Below, one piece after another: positions 1-8,064 of a stretch of DNA of 40,722 nt. The notes under the pieces are model-generated. The model did no database searches. It was not told the DNA's origin and saw nothing but the letters and a program-made list of their open reading frames with translations. The DNA comes from a virus, in IMG/VR virus record IMGVR_UViG_3300032355_000002, positions 1-40,722 of that record. The stretch is one strand, 5' to 3'. A program made the position numbers and the translations under genes. Every line of letters starts with the position of its first letter. Position 1 is the first letter of the stretch.

Positions 1-127
1 CGAACAGCAGCAGGCGCAGCAGCGCCAGGCCGAGCGGCAGCAGCGGCGCTGGGAAGAGCAGCGCGGCGCCATGGATCGCGGGTACGAAGCTCTGACTTTC
101 ACTGGCAAGGACGCGGCGCGCACGACG
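1..127. repeat. Terminal overlap: 1-127 is an exact copy of 40596-40722 (circular closure of the contig)
   Basis: Seen: both copies read cgaacagcagcaggcgcagc ... gcggcgcgcacgacg over 127 nt, and an ORF crosses the junction in frame. Inference: 127 is a common assembler k-mer length. The overlap is therefore more likely an artefact of a circular or permuted genome than a biological DTR. Confidence 0.9.
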
Positions 128-454
128 GTTGAGGACGCGTTCCCCGGCGAGCAGTACGCTTACCTCGTGAAGGCTGCCGGGGATAGGGCAGCGGCGTTCA
201 TCTACCTGCTCGGCAACAGCAAGGACCGTCGCGACAAGCTCGCCGCGATGGCGAAGGACGGCGATTGGGCGGAGTTCATCGCGACTGCCGCCAGAATGGC
301 AACGGAGGTGAGAGTGGGCAAGGTAACGACGCGGCCGGAAACGAACCACAGCGCGAGCGGGCGCAGCGGGGGTGGGGCCGAAGCTGAGCGCAATAAGCGA
401 GACGTGGAGGCTGCACGCCGCACTGGTGATCGTACCAAACTGATTTTTGGATGA
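2..454 (+). CDS. Scaffolding protein, C-terminal part (same gene as 40216..40722; unique continuation is 128..454; about 277 aa in total)
   Basis: Seen: the frame is open from the window start and in phase with ATG 40216 across the overlap. The product has a Glu/Gln/Arg-rich coiled-coil-like stretch (RERQRDEQQQAQQRQAERQQRRWEEQ). Inference: it lies between portal and coat, as P22 gp8 does. Confidence 0.7.
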   Translation, partial: EQQQAQQRQAERQQRRWEEQRGAMDRGYEALTFTGKDAARTTVEDAFPGEQYAYLVKAAGDRAAAFIYLLGNSKDRRDKLAAMAKDGDWAEFIATAARMATEVRVGKVTTRPETNHSASGRSGGGAEAERNKRDVEAARRTGDRTKLIFG

Positions 455-462
455 GGTGAGGC

Positions 463-828
463 GTGGACAACAGGCACAAGCAGTACGTGGACGAGCGCGA
501 TCCGAAGAATCCGTGGTTTACGGACGGCACCCTCGACATGGATCGCGTCGTCGGGGAAAATCCAGCTGGTGGGGGTGAATACCCCAAGATGCTGTATCGC
601 GCGTCATCGACAGGCGAAAAGGTGCACGGTCATTTGGTCGAGACGGTCACGGTCGAGACGGAGGATGCCGAGGAAGCCTTGATGGTCGAGGGGTGGCGGC
701 AGACGCCCGACAAGGCGTCCAAGGTTACTCCTCGTGTTGATGCTGTTGATCTGGAAGAAGCTCAGGCGCCGCGTCGTGGCCCTGGACGGCCCCCCAAAAA
801 TCTTCTTGCGACCGATGGTCACGTATAG
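463..828 (+). CDS. Hypothetical protein, 121 aa, with a C-terminal AT-hook-like RGPGRPPK motif
   Basis: Seen: GTG start 9 nt after the scaffold stop, with gaggtgagg upstream, and a high-GC3 frame. It contains a YPKMLY...EEALMVEGW motif that I recall from small phage proteins of unknown function. Confidence 0.6.
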   Translation: MDNRHKQYVDERDPKNPWFTDGTLDMDRVVGENPAGGGEYPKMLYRASSTGEKVHGHLVETVTVETEDAEEALMVEGWRQTPDKASKVTPRVDAVDLEEAQAPRRGPGRPPKNLLATDGHV

Positions 829-867
829 TACTTAATCCGACAGCCATCGGCTTCCAGGGTGCCGCGA

Positions 868-916
868 ACTCCTGCGTACCGGCGATTTGAGCAACGCTCT
901 CGTCCTACGCAGGAGT
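868..916 (+). promoter_or_regulatory. Perfect 11-bp inverted repeat whose 3' arm contains the coat-gene Shine-Dalgarno
   Basis: Seen: ACTCCTGCGTA (868-878) pairs with TACGCAGGAGT (906-916) across a 27-nt loop. AGGAG at 911-915 lies 8 nt before ATG 924. Confidence 0.5.
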
Positions 917-923
917 CTCGCAT

Positions 924-2189
924 ATGCCGTTTTTGAAGTCTGAGGAAATCGCGTTCGACAAGCCCATCAAGGCGGCTTTCTCGGACGGGCTGGTCATGAA
1001 CGAGGTGGTCGAGAAGGCCCCCGCCATGTCGAACCAGCAGATGGAACGTCAGGACGACACGCTTTGGCGCCCTGTTCCATACATTAGCCGCGTCAACAGC
1101 GGCCTCGATCAAACGGGCAACTTCTCCGGGAAGACGCAGCTCGCCGTGCCGGCGCGCGTCGGCTTCAAGGAAAACGTCACCCTGGAACTGACCGCGACCG
1201 AGATGCGCGATCCGGTGCAGCTTACCCGCATTGCTACCAGCGCCATGCAGGGTCTAGCATCGTCGGTGAACTACAACATCTTCAACGTCGCGGCGCTGAT
1301 GGGATCGGTATTCGTCGCGCGGCCGAACGCTGCCACCGGCTTCGATGACATTTCGGAGGCCAACGCGACCTTCACCGAACGTGGTATCGGGCCGACCGCT
1401 GGCGAGCGCGCCTTCATTGCCGCGCCCCGTGCTATGAACGGCATCGCCGGGAATATGGCGGCGCGCGGCACCGTGGGCGATATGGTCAGCAAGGCTTACC
1501 GTGACGCTTACGTGGACCGGGTAGCCGGGTTCGATGTGATCGCTGGCGAGTACAGCTTCCAGCTCGCGGCCGCGGCCGGCGGTAACATCACCATCGCGGG
1601 CGCTAATCAGTTCTACGTTCCGCGCGCCATGAGCACGGCCACGACGGGCGAGCAGTCGCCGGTGGACAATCGCTTTCAGACGCTGGCCGTGTCGTCTAGC
1701 GCTGGCGTCAAGGCGGGCGACGCGTTCACCATCGCCGGCGTGTTCGCGGTGCATGGCATCACCAAGCGCAGCACCAATACGCTCAAGACGTTCCGCGTCG
1801 TGGCGCTCGGCTCCGTGGCGAACACTGTCATCATCACCCCGCCCATCATCTCGGCGGGCGGCGGCACCAAGGCCGAGCTCGACAATATGAATGTCGCGGC
1901 GGCACCGGCGGCTGGCGCGGCCATTACGTGGCTCAACAAGGTCAGCGCGAACGTCTCGCCCTTCCTGTGCAAGGGTGCCGTGGAACTGATGCCGGCGGAT
2001 ATCGCGCCTGATCCGGCGGACGGCTGGAACATTCAGAAGGCGACGACGCCTCAGGGCCTCACCGTCACCTACGCGCGGCAGGGCGACATCAACACGTACA
2101 AGACCAAGGTACGCTGGGACGTGTCCTACGGCGTTACCGCGCTCGCGACCGAGATGATGGGCGCGATGGTCTTCAACCAGGGCAACTGA
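924..2189 (+). CDS. Major capsid (coat) protein, P22 gp5-like, 421 aa
   Basis: Recall: several blocks match P22 coat as I remember it. Examples are MERQDDTLWRPV vs MQRSSNTIWMPV, VDNRFQTLAVSSSAGVKAGDAFTIAGV vs [27 protein letters not shown], and a C-terminal GDINT...WDVSYGV. Size and position after the scaffold fit. The RBS is AGGAG. Confidence 0.9.
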   Translation: MPFLKSEEIAFDKPIKAAFSDGLVMNEVVEKAPAMSNQQMERQDDTLWRPVPYISRVNSGLDQTGNFSGKTQLAVPARVGFKENVTLELTATEMRDPVQLTRIATSAMQGLASSVNYNIFNVAALMGSVFVARPNAATGFDDISEANATFTERGIGPTAGERAFIAAPRAMNGIAGNMAARGTVGDMVSKAYRDAYVDRVAGFDVIAGEYSFQLAAAAGGNITIAGANQFYVPRAMSTATTGEQSPVDNRFQTLAVSSSAGVKAGDAFTIAGVFAVHGITKRSTNTLKTFRVVALGSVANTVIITPPIISAGGGTKAELDNMNVAAAPAAGAAITWLNKVSANVSPFLCKGAVELMPADIAPDPADGWNIQKATTPQGLTVTYARQGDINTYKTKVRWDVSYGVTALATEMMGAMVFNQGN

Positions 2190-2563
2190 TGGAGCGGATG
2201 ATGAGCAAGGCAGATATGATCGAAGCCGCGCAGCGCCGCATCAACGGTGGCTATTCGGTAACGCCCGAGCACAGCGGTCTGACCGACGACGGACGCCCCA
2301 TGCCAATCGAGCGGCAGTTGCTTGGCGGCGGTATGGTGGTGGACCGCGACACGCTCAAGGCGCAGTCCGAGCCGCAGTACGACGAGGTGTCGGTGTTCTC
2401 GCCCGAGCGGCCGGCCATCGAGGCTCAGCGCGAGGCTGCGGCCAAGACGGCGCGCGACGTGCAGAAGGATGCCGAAGCTGCTGAGAAGGCTCGGCCTGCC
2501 TCCGAGCGTGGCACGCAGCCGCCGCGTGAAGACGACAAGCCCGACGATCAGCCGGCGATCTGA
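2189..2563 (+). CDS. Hypothetical protein, 124 aa, first gene after coat
   Basis: Seen: its ATG overlaps the coat stop (TGATG). The frame has high GC3 and the product has a charged C-terminus. No family recognised. Confidence 0.65.
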   Translation: MERMMSKADMIEAAQRRINGGYSVTPEHSGLTDDGRPMPIERQLLGGGMVVDRDTLKAQSEPQYDEVSVFSPERPAIEAQREAAAKTARDVQKDAEAAEKARPASERGTQPPREDDKPDDQPAI

Positions 2564-2572
2564 ACTAGGGTC

Positions 2573-2586
2573 GGGGCCACGGCCCC
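2573..2586 (+). terminator. Short GC hairpin GGGGCC-ac-GGCCCC downstream of the coat operon genes (possible attenuator)
   Basis: Seen: 6-bp perfect arms 10 nt after the stop at 2563. There is no clear U-tract, so a terminator role is weakly supported. Confidence 0.25.
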
Positions 2587-2610
2587 GCCTCGCTTGCGCG
2601 GAGCATCAGC

Positions 2611-3018
2611 GTGGACGTAGGCGCTTATCTCAAAGACCCAGTGACTGGGAACCCCTATAGGGCGTTAGGCGCGTCGGGCCAGCAGAGTTCTGCAAACAGT
2701 ACATCTGTTGCCCCTGCGTCTGACGCAACGTTCCCGACCCGCTACGCGCCGCGCAACAAGGCGCAGAGCACAGTCTTGAACGTTGGCACATCGCCGGTTG
2801 ACCTGTTTCCTGCGAATGCGGCCCGCACGAAGCTGGTAATTCAGAACCTCAGCACCGCGGCCGATCCCCTGCATATCAACGTGGGCGCGAACGCAACCAC
2901 CGGCGCGGGCTCGCTGAGAATTGCCAGTGGCGCCACGCTGGAGTTGACCGGTCCTGTGGAGCGGGTGTCAGCGATTGCGACGATCGCGGCGCTCGCAATA
3001 ACGGCCTGGGAGTTCTAG
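2611..3018 (+). CDS. Hypothetical virion-module protein, 135 aa
   Basis: Seen: GTG start and a high-GC3 frame. The sequence looks beta-rich (VIQNLSTAADPLHINVGANATTGAGSLRIASGATLELTG). Function not recognised. Confidence 0.6.
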   Translation: MDVGAYLKDPVTGNPYRALGASGQQSSANSTSVAPASDATFPTRYAPRNKAQSTVLNVGTSPVDLFPANAARTKLVIQNLSTAADPLHINVGANATTGAGSLRIASGATLELTGPVERVSAIATIAALAITAWEF

Positions 3019-3020
3019 CG

Positions 3021-3539
3021 ATGCCGATCTTCGGCGTGACCGTAGAGCAGGTGGTGGCGCTGATCGCCGAGCGTGCGGCGGCCACGCTGGTGGTGCCTGG
3101 CACGCTGTCGCTAGACGATCTGCTCGCCAACTATCCCGCCAGTGCAGATATGACGGGCAAGTACGCGCGGGTCAGCAACCTGTTCGGCAACACGGACGAG
3201 GTGCTGCGCTGCCGATATGACGGCGTGGCCTATCGATGGGTGCCTCAGCGGCAGGAGGGCAACATGACCCTTAACGCGCCGTCCGGCACCACCATCGTCC
3301 GGCCGCTTTACTCACCCCCTACAGTGCGGGTCACGGGGACCATTACGGGCACGGCGAGTATTCAGCCGGCGACCGCGAACGCGTGGATCGGTCAACGCCT
3401 GCGCGTCATCATGGCGGGTGCGCTCGGCCTGGGTGCCGGGCTGAGCATCACCGATGTAACGGGCGGTGCCGTGCCGCTGATAGCCGGCGGCGTGAAGGAC
3501 ATTGAGTACGGCCCGACCGGCTGGTTCCTGGCAGCGTAG
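3021..3539 (+). CDS. Hypothetical virion-module protein, 172 aa
   Basis: Seen: the ATG lies 2 nt after the previous stop and the frame has high GC3. No family recognised. Confidence 0.65.
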   Translation: MPIFGVTVEQVVALIAERAAATLVVPGTLSLDDLLANYPASADMTGKYARVSNLFGNTDEVLRCRYDGVAYRWVPQRQEGNMTLNAPSGTTIVRPLYSPPTVRVTGTITGTASIQPATANAWIGQRLRVIMAGALGLGAGLSITDVTGGAVPLIAGGVKDIEYGPTGWFLAA

Positions 3540-3548
3540 GAGAGCGAC

Positions 3549-3737
3549 GTGGCAAGCGCACCCGATACCGACCCCGTGATCCGCGTCGAGTGTCTGACGC
3601 AGTTCGACCCTCCGTACATCCTCGTCGTGGTGGCCGGCGCCCCGCTGATCTACGCGCCCAAGCCGGTCTATGACATGGCACGCGCGTCGCTCAACCTGCC
3701 CGACTATGTGTGCGAGGGGCGCACGGTAGGCGACTGA
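3549..3737 (+). CDS. Hypothetical protein, 62 aa
   Basis: Seen: GTG start. It fills the gap between neighbours, and its stop overlaps the next ATG (TGATG). Confidence 0.45.
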   Translation: MASAPDTDPVIRVECLTQFDPPYILVVVAGAPLIYAPKPVYDMARASLNLPDYVCEGRTVGD

Positions 3738-4816
3738 TGCGCCGCTCAATCCTCAACCTCGGCGAGCCTGACTACGCCGGTCAGATATACCAGCTAGGTC
3801 AGCGGGTCGCGAGCGTAGAGGTTCGCTTTGCACCTATCGAGAGCGCCCAAGCTACCTACGACGCACGATTAAGCGCCGTCGAGCGTAACGGCGGCGGGGG
3901 CGGCACAGCCGGCGTTTCATCGTTCAACAATCGCTCTGGCGCGGTTACGCTGTCCTCTGCGGACGTGTCCAACGTCCTTGATAGCGATCTTAATTCAATC
4001 GCTGCGCTCTCGACTACCAACTTCGGGCGTAGTCTGCTCACGCTGGCCGACCAGATGGGGGGGCGCGCCGCCTTCGGGCTCGGAACAGCCGCTCTGGCAA
4101 CAGCAGGTAACGCGGGTGGGAACGTGCCCGTATTGGACGGCGCGGGCAAGTTGCCTACGGGCATTCTCCCGGCCGTAGCCGTGACCGATACGTTCGTCGT
4201 CAACAGCCAAGCGGCCATGCTCGCGCTGTCAGCCGAGCGCGGCGACGTGGCGATCCGAACCGACCTATCTAAGTCCTTCATTCTGGCGACCGACAGTCCT
4301 TCGACGCTGGCCGACTGGAAGGAGTTGCTGACACCTGCCGATGCGGTGGCATCGGTGGCGGGGCTGACCGGCTCCATCGGCGCAGCCGCGCTGCGATCGG
4401 CTCTGTCGCTGGTGATCGGCACCGACGTACAGGCGCAGGACGCGGACCTACAGGCCATCGCGGCGCTGACAACGACGGCGTTCGGTCGCGACTACCTCAC
4501 GCTCACAGACGCTGCTGGAGCCCGAGCCAAAGCGGGATCGGCAGCCGTCACCGAACTTTCCCAGTCGCTCAACTTCACGTCCGACGCTGTAGCCCTGATC
4601 CCCGCCCGCGTCGCCATGACGATCGCGCAGGGCAATGCGCCGCTCGGCACGGGCTCTGTGGCCTACGCTGCTTCCACGGCTGCGGCACCGGGCACGTTCA
4701 ACACCGTCTCGCTGCCGGCCGCGCTTCAGGCGGGCTCCTGGCTACGCGTGACGGCCTCCGGTGTTACTGGGGGGGCTACGGCTCCGTTGGCGCTGGACCT
4801 GTACCGGAGCGCCTGA
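3737..4816 (+). CDS. Tail-fibre-like protein, 359 aa
   Basis: Seen: I chose ATG 3737 rather than the track start 3710. There is an internal duplicated block (DSDLNSIAALSTTNFGRSLLTLADQMGGRAAFGLG vs DADLQAIAALTTTAFGRDYLTLTDAAGARAKAG). Recall: that block, together with GAVTLSSADV and VPVLDGAGKLPTGILP, is typical of phage tail-fibre proteins. Confidence 0.7.
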   Translation: MRRSILNLGEPDYAGQIYQLGQRVASVEVRFAPIESAQATYDARLSAVERNGGGGGTAGVSSFNNRSGAVTLSSADVSNVLDSDLNSIAALSTTNFGRSLLTLADQMGGRAAFGLGTAALATAGNAGGNVPVLDGAGKLPTGILPAVAVTDTFVVNSQAAMLALSAERGDVAIRTDLSKSFILATDSPSTLADWKELLTPADAVASVAGLTGSIGAAALRSALSLVIGTDVQAQDADLQAIAALTTTAFGRDYLTLTDAAGARAKAGSAAVTELSQSLNFTSDAVALIPARVAMTIAQGNAPLGTGSVAYAASTAAAPGTFNTVSLPAALQAGSWLRVTASGVTGGATAPLALDLYRSA

Positions 4817-5589
4817 TGCTGCTTCGCGCGCCGTACCCGACAGCCGCTGCTGCTACAGCCTGGACGCCGGCCAATCTGCCAGCGGGAGCCTTGCAGGGCT
4901 GGTGGGACGCACGCGAGACAAGCACGGTCACCGTGTCGGGCGGCAAGGTGTCGTCTATCGCGGGCCGGAACGGTACGCCCGCGCTAACGCAGGCCACCGC
5001 GGCCGCGCAGCCGTCCTATCCCGGTAATATCAATGGCCGCTCGGCCGTCGCTTTCAGTGGCGCGCAGGGCTTGTCGGTCAGCCAGAATACGACTGGGGTA
5101 GCCGTCACTGTCATGTGCGTGGTCTGGATGCAGAACGCCGGGGACTCGTATGGGCGTATCTACTCGGTAGCCAATGGCGGAGCGGAGGACTTCAACAATC
5201 AAACGTCCTTCTCAACAACGCGCTTCAATGGTACCTCTGACTTGTTTTTCGCACGTAACAACGTCTTCAAGCAGGTTCCTTTTGGATACGATAATGCCGG
5301 AATCATTGCTACTATCTACGACGGCGCTAACGGGGTATTCTACACGAATGGAACCGTAGCAGCTACACAAGCTGAAACCTCATTGCTCAATTCTAACATG
5401 CTCTCGGTTGGCCGCGGCGTGAACGGCAACGACCGCTGGGCCGGCATGTTCGGCGAAATGGTCAAGACCAACACCGCGCTTAGCACCAATGACCGGCAGA
5501 AACTGGAGGGGTACTTGGCGCACGGCTGGGGCACGCAGGCGATGCTCCCAGCCGGCCATCCCTACCGCAACTCCCCGCCCACGGTCTGA
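4816..5589 (+). CDS. LamG / concanavalin-A-like lectin domain protein, 257 aa, probable fibre-distal or receptor-binding protein
   Basis: Recall: the overall pattern and the C-terminal DRQKLEGYLAHGWG motif are typical of Laminin_G_3-type phage tail-associated proteins. Seen: the ATG overlaps the fibre stop, and the central part is visibly AT-richer. Confidence 0.6.
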   Translation: MLLRAPYPTAAAATAWTPANLPAGALQGWWDARETSTVTVSGGKVSSIAGRNGTPALTQATAAAQPSYPGNINGRSAVAFSGAQGLSVSQNTTGVAVTVMCVVWMQNAGDSYGRIYSVANGGAEDFNNQTSFSTTRFNGTSDLFFARNNVFKQVPFGYDNAGIIATIYDGANGVFYTNGTVAATQAETSLLNSNMLSVGRGVNGNDRWAGMFGEMVKTNTALSTNDRQKLEGYLAHGWGTQAMLPAGHPYRNSPPTV

Positions 5590-5601
5590 CAGGATAGCAA
5601 C

Positions 5602-5760
5602 ATGGCCTCCAAAGCTCCCACCGCTGCTGAGAAGCTAACAGCCAACGACACCGCGAACCTGCGGTGGGCGTGCCTGATCCGCTGCGATCGAAATGAGATC
5701 GACGCGGAGAGGGTGCTGGAGCGCGCCCGCAAGTTCGAAGCCTATGTGAAGGGCGGGTAA
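5602..5760 (+). CDS. Hypothetical small protein, 52 aa (below the ORF-track cutoff)
   Basis: Seen: ATG with AGGA 7 nt upstream. I translated it by hand as MASKAPTAAEKLTANDTANLRWACLIRCDRNEIDAERVLERARKFEAYVKGG. Its TAA abuts the next GTG start. It fills an otherwise empty gap. Confidence 0.4.
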   Translation: MASKAPTAAEKLTANDTANLRWACLIRCDRNEIDAERVLERARKFEAYVKGG

Positions 5761-6171
5761 GTGACCACCCGCGACGCTCTCTTTCGCCGCACCCTATCGC
5801 GGCTCGGCTTCGGCGACTACTCGTTCGACACCGACCCCGACACGCGCGCGCTTCTCCGCGATGCGCTGGACGGGATGATGGCCGAGTGGGCGGTACAGGA
5901 CGTGGTGCTAAGCTACGTGCCGAGCGAGGACGACGACAACGACGCGGCCGACACGGGGTTGCCGGACTGGTGCGTCGAGGCGGTGAGTGCCAATCTCGCT
6001 TGTCGAGTAGCAGCGGACGTGTCCAAGGTGCCCGGTCCAGGCCTGATAGCGGCGGCCAAGCGCGGCTATGATCTTTGCGTGACACAGCAGACGCAGGCGC
6101 CGCGGATGAAGGCGGCTTACCCAACGGTACGCGGTGGGGGCTACTGGACCGGTTATAGGCGCTGGCCATGA
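5761..6171 (+). CDS. Tail accessory / head-completion protein, P22 gp4-like, 136 aa
   Basis: Recall: LDGMMAEW and NLACRVAA match P22 gp4 blocks (LEAMMAEW, NLACRIAP). It lies directly upstream of the gp10-like gene, as in P22. Confidence 0.7.
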   Translation: MTTRDALFRRTLSRLGFGDYSFDTDPDTRALLRDALDGMMAEWAVQDVVLSYVPSEDDDNDAADTGLPDWCVEAVSANLACRVAADVSKVPGPGLIAAAKRGYDLCVTQQTQAPRMKAAYPTVRGGGYWTGYRRWP

Positions 6172-7574
6172 CGCAGGTGCCGATCCTATCCGGCATTGTC
6201 GCGGAGTTTGGCCCCGGTCTAGAGCGTAGCTTGCCCGTTAACCTGTTCCCGATTGCGGAGCCGGGCGACGGCAGCGGAACGGGGATCAGCCGCGGTTATC
6301 TGGCACTCGCGTCGGGGGCAGTGCGGACCGCTGAGGCGACAGGTGCCAGCCGCGGTGCCGCCCTGTTCGGCAGCGTACAAGTACGCGTGTTCGGCGACGG
6401 CTTCTACACCGTGACGGAGGGCAAACCAACACGCGTCGGAACAGTGGCAACCAATGGGCTGCCTGCGTCTTTCGCCGAAGGTTTCGGGCGCATCGGCATC
6501 GCCTCGGGAAATAAGCTTTACTACTGGGATGGCACGGGTTTGATGGCCGTCACGGACGAGGATTTGGGCAACGCGCTGTCGGTGACCTGGCTCGACAGCT
6601 ACTTTGTCACGACGGACGGTACGTCGTTGGTGGCGACCGACCTAGCGGACCCAACCAGCATCAATCCGCTGCGCTACGGATCGTCGGAGGCCGATCCCGA
6701 CCCGGTGCTGGCGGTGCACGCGCTGCGCGGCGAACTGTACGCCCTCAACCGCTACAGCATCGAGAAGTTCGTCAACGCGGGAGCGCAGGGCAATGGCAAC
6801 GTATGGCCGTTTCAGCGGTCCCGCGGGTCGCAGATACCCAAGGGTGTCGTAGGATCGCACGCTTGGGCTGACTTTGCCGAGACATTCGCGTTCTGCGGCT
6901 CGGCTCGCAACGAGGCACCGCGTATCTACCTGGCAGGGGCCGGGCAAGCTATCGGCATCAGTCCCCGCACGGTTGACGATGCACTCGGGCGTCTGACCGA
7001 CGTGCAGCTCGGCGCCGTGGAACTTGAGACAGTCAATGTTTCCGGTCAGCTACGCCTCTACGTGCATCTGCCTGATCGAACCTACGTCTATCACTACGCC
7101 GCCTCCAACCTGCTGGACGTGCCGGTGTGGAGCGTGCTGCGCGGCGGCAGTGCCGGCGATCAAGGCTATGCACTTCGCCATTTCCTTCTATCGGGTGGCG
7201 AATGGTGGGCAGGCGCCGCCAATGCCCTCGCGCGCGTCGATGATACACGCGCCGACGTGCTAGGCGAGGCGATCTCCTACCGTTTCGACACGCCGCTGCT
7301 CTACAATGAGGGCCGGGTAGCGTTCGTGCCTATGCTGGAACTCGTACCGCTAGGCTCCGGTGCCGGGCCGGTGGCGTTGTCGTGGACCGACGATGAAGTG
7401 ACGTGGAGTCAGCCCCGGTTCTGCGGTACAGGCGCGAGGGGGCGTCGCGATGCGCGACCGGCTTGGCTCCGTCTAGGTCGCATACGATCTTGGCGCGGTT
7501 ACCGCTTCGAGGGCCGCGCGACTGCGCCGGTCGGGTTCGCCCGGCTGGACGCGACGTTGGAGGCGGGTGCCTGA
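6168..7574 (+). CDS. Packaged-DNA stabilisation / tail hub protein, P22 gp10-like, 468 aa
   Basis: Recall: LPVNLFPIA..GYL at the N-terminus and WLRLGRIRSWRGYRF...LDATLE at the C-terminus resemble P22 gp10 (LPVNML...GYL and WKRVGRIRRLIGFKL...IRLE). P22 gp10 is 472 aa. Seen: ATGA overlap with the previous gene. Confidence 0.8.
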   Translation: MTQVPILSGIVAEFGPGLERSLPVNLFPIAEPGDGSGTGISRGYLALASGAVRTAEATGASRGAALFGSVQVRVFGDGFYTVTEGKPTRVGTVATNGLPASFAEGFGRIGIASGNKLYYWDGTGLMAVTDEDLGNALSVTWLDSYFVTTDGTSLVATDLADPTSINPLRYGSSEADPDPVLAVHALRGELYALNRYSIEKFVNAGAQGNGNVWPFQRSRGSQIPKGVVGSHAWADFAETFAFCGSARNEAPRIYLAGAGQAIGISPRTVDDALGRLTDVQLGAVELETVNVSGQLRLYVHLPDRTYVYHYAASNLLDVPVWSVLRGGSAGDQGYALRHFLLSGGEWWAGAANALARVDDTRADVLGEAISYRFDTPLLYNEGRVAFVPMLELVPLGSGAGPVALSWTDDEVTWSQPRFCGTGARGRRDARPAWLRLGRIRSWRGYRFEGRATAPVGFARLDATLEAGA

Positions 7575-8064
7575 CGTGCGTAGCAACTACACAATTCTCA
7601 ACGATCGAGAGATTGCGGGCACCGGGCTGGGCACGTCGCCGGCCGCCGTGCGCGCGTTCGCTGACCTGCAGGACGCCGTGTACCAGGATCAGCCCGGCGA
7701 CACGGCGGCCGTACAGGAGGCGGCCACAGCGGCGCAGGGAGCGGCGGACGCGGCGGGTACGGCGGCGGCCGGAGCGCAGGAGAGTGCCGATGCGGCTAGT
7801 GACCAAGCGATGGCGGCGCGCAAGCGGGCGGACGATGCTTATGCCCTAGCAGACACAAAGGTCTCTAAGAATGTAGGACCGACTTGGACGGCACCTACCG
7901 CGCCGCAGATACGTACGGCTGTCGCCGACTATAGCGGCACCGCGTCGGCAACGTACACGCAGGCAGAGGTACAGACGCTCATGGATCGGGTACAAGCCCT
8001 TACCCGACAAGTGGCCGCGCTGGTGACGGACGGCCGCGGCAACGGGAGCCTGCGCGCCTCCTGA
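7567..8064 (+). CDS. Tail needle / plug protein, P22 gp26-like, 165 aa
   Basis: Recall: the C-terminal YTQAEVQTLMDRVQAL resembles P22 gp26 YTQSEIQAIANALI. The middle is Ala-rich and coiled-coil-like. Gene order matches P22. An alternative start is GTG 7576. Confidence 0.65.
   Translation: MPDVRSNYTILNDREIAGTGLGTSPAAVRAFADLQDAVYQDQPGDTAAVQEAATAAQGAADAAGTAAAGAQESADAASDQAMAARKRADDAYALADTKVSKNVGPTWTAPTAPQIRTAVADYSGTASATYTQAEVQTLMDRVQALTRQVAALVTDGRGNGSLRAS

Noticed and set aside
1-127. The 127-nt terminal repeat as a biological direct terminal repeat or LTR of a mobile element
   Set aside because: The length equals a standard assembler k-mer. The repeat lies inside a coding sequence that reads through the junction. 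P22-like phages package by headful, without short DTRs. It needs read-level confirmation, so it is kept as a finding, but not as a biological DTR.
921-929. CATATGCCG at the coat start codon as a third operator for the RHH protein (same 9-mer as at 24912 and 24957)
   Set aside because: CATATG-containing strings also occur elsewhere (for example near 14737, 23061 and 30595). The coat copy is explained by the ATG-CCG (Met-Pro) start. There is no flanking similarity beyond the 9-mer.
4816-5589. Diversity-generating retroelement targeting the lectin-like gene
   Set aside because: There is no reverse transcriptase gene and no template/variable repeat pair anywhere in the genome. The AT-rich patch is better explained by mosaic recombination.
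5480-6196. Long minus-strand ORF (238 aa), one of many similar antisense ORFs in the track (for example 3856..4458, 8756..9187, 23685..24347, 36336..36950, 38005..38841, 38949..39770)
   Set aside because: The products are Arg/Pro/Ser/Ala-rich low-complexity strings. They lie antisense to well-supported structural or early genes. These are the usual shadow ORFs of a high-GC genome.
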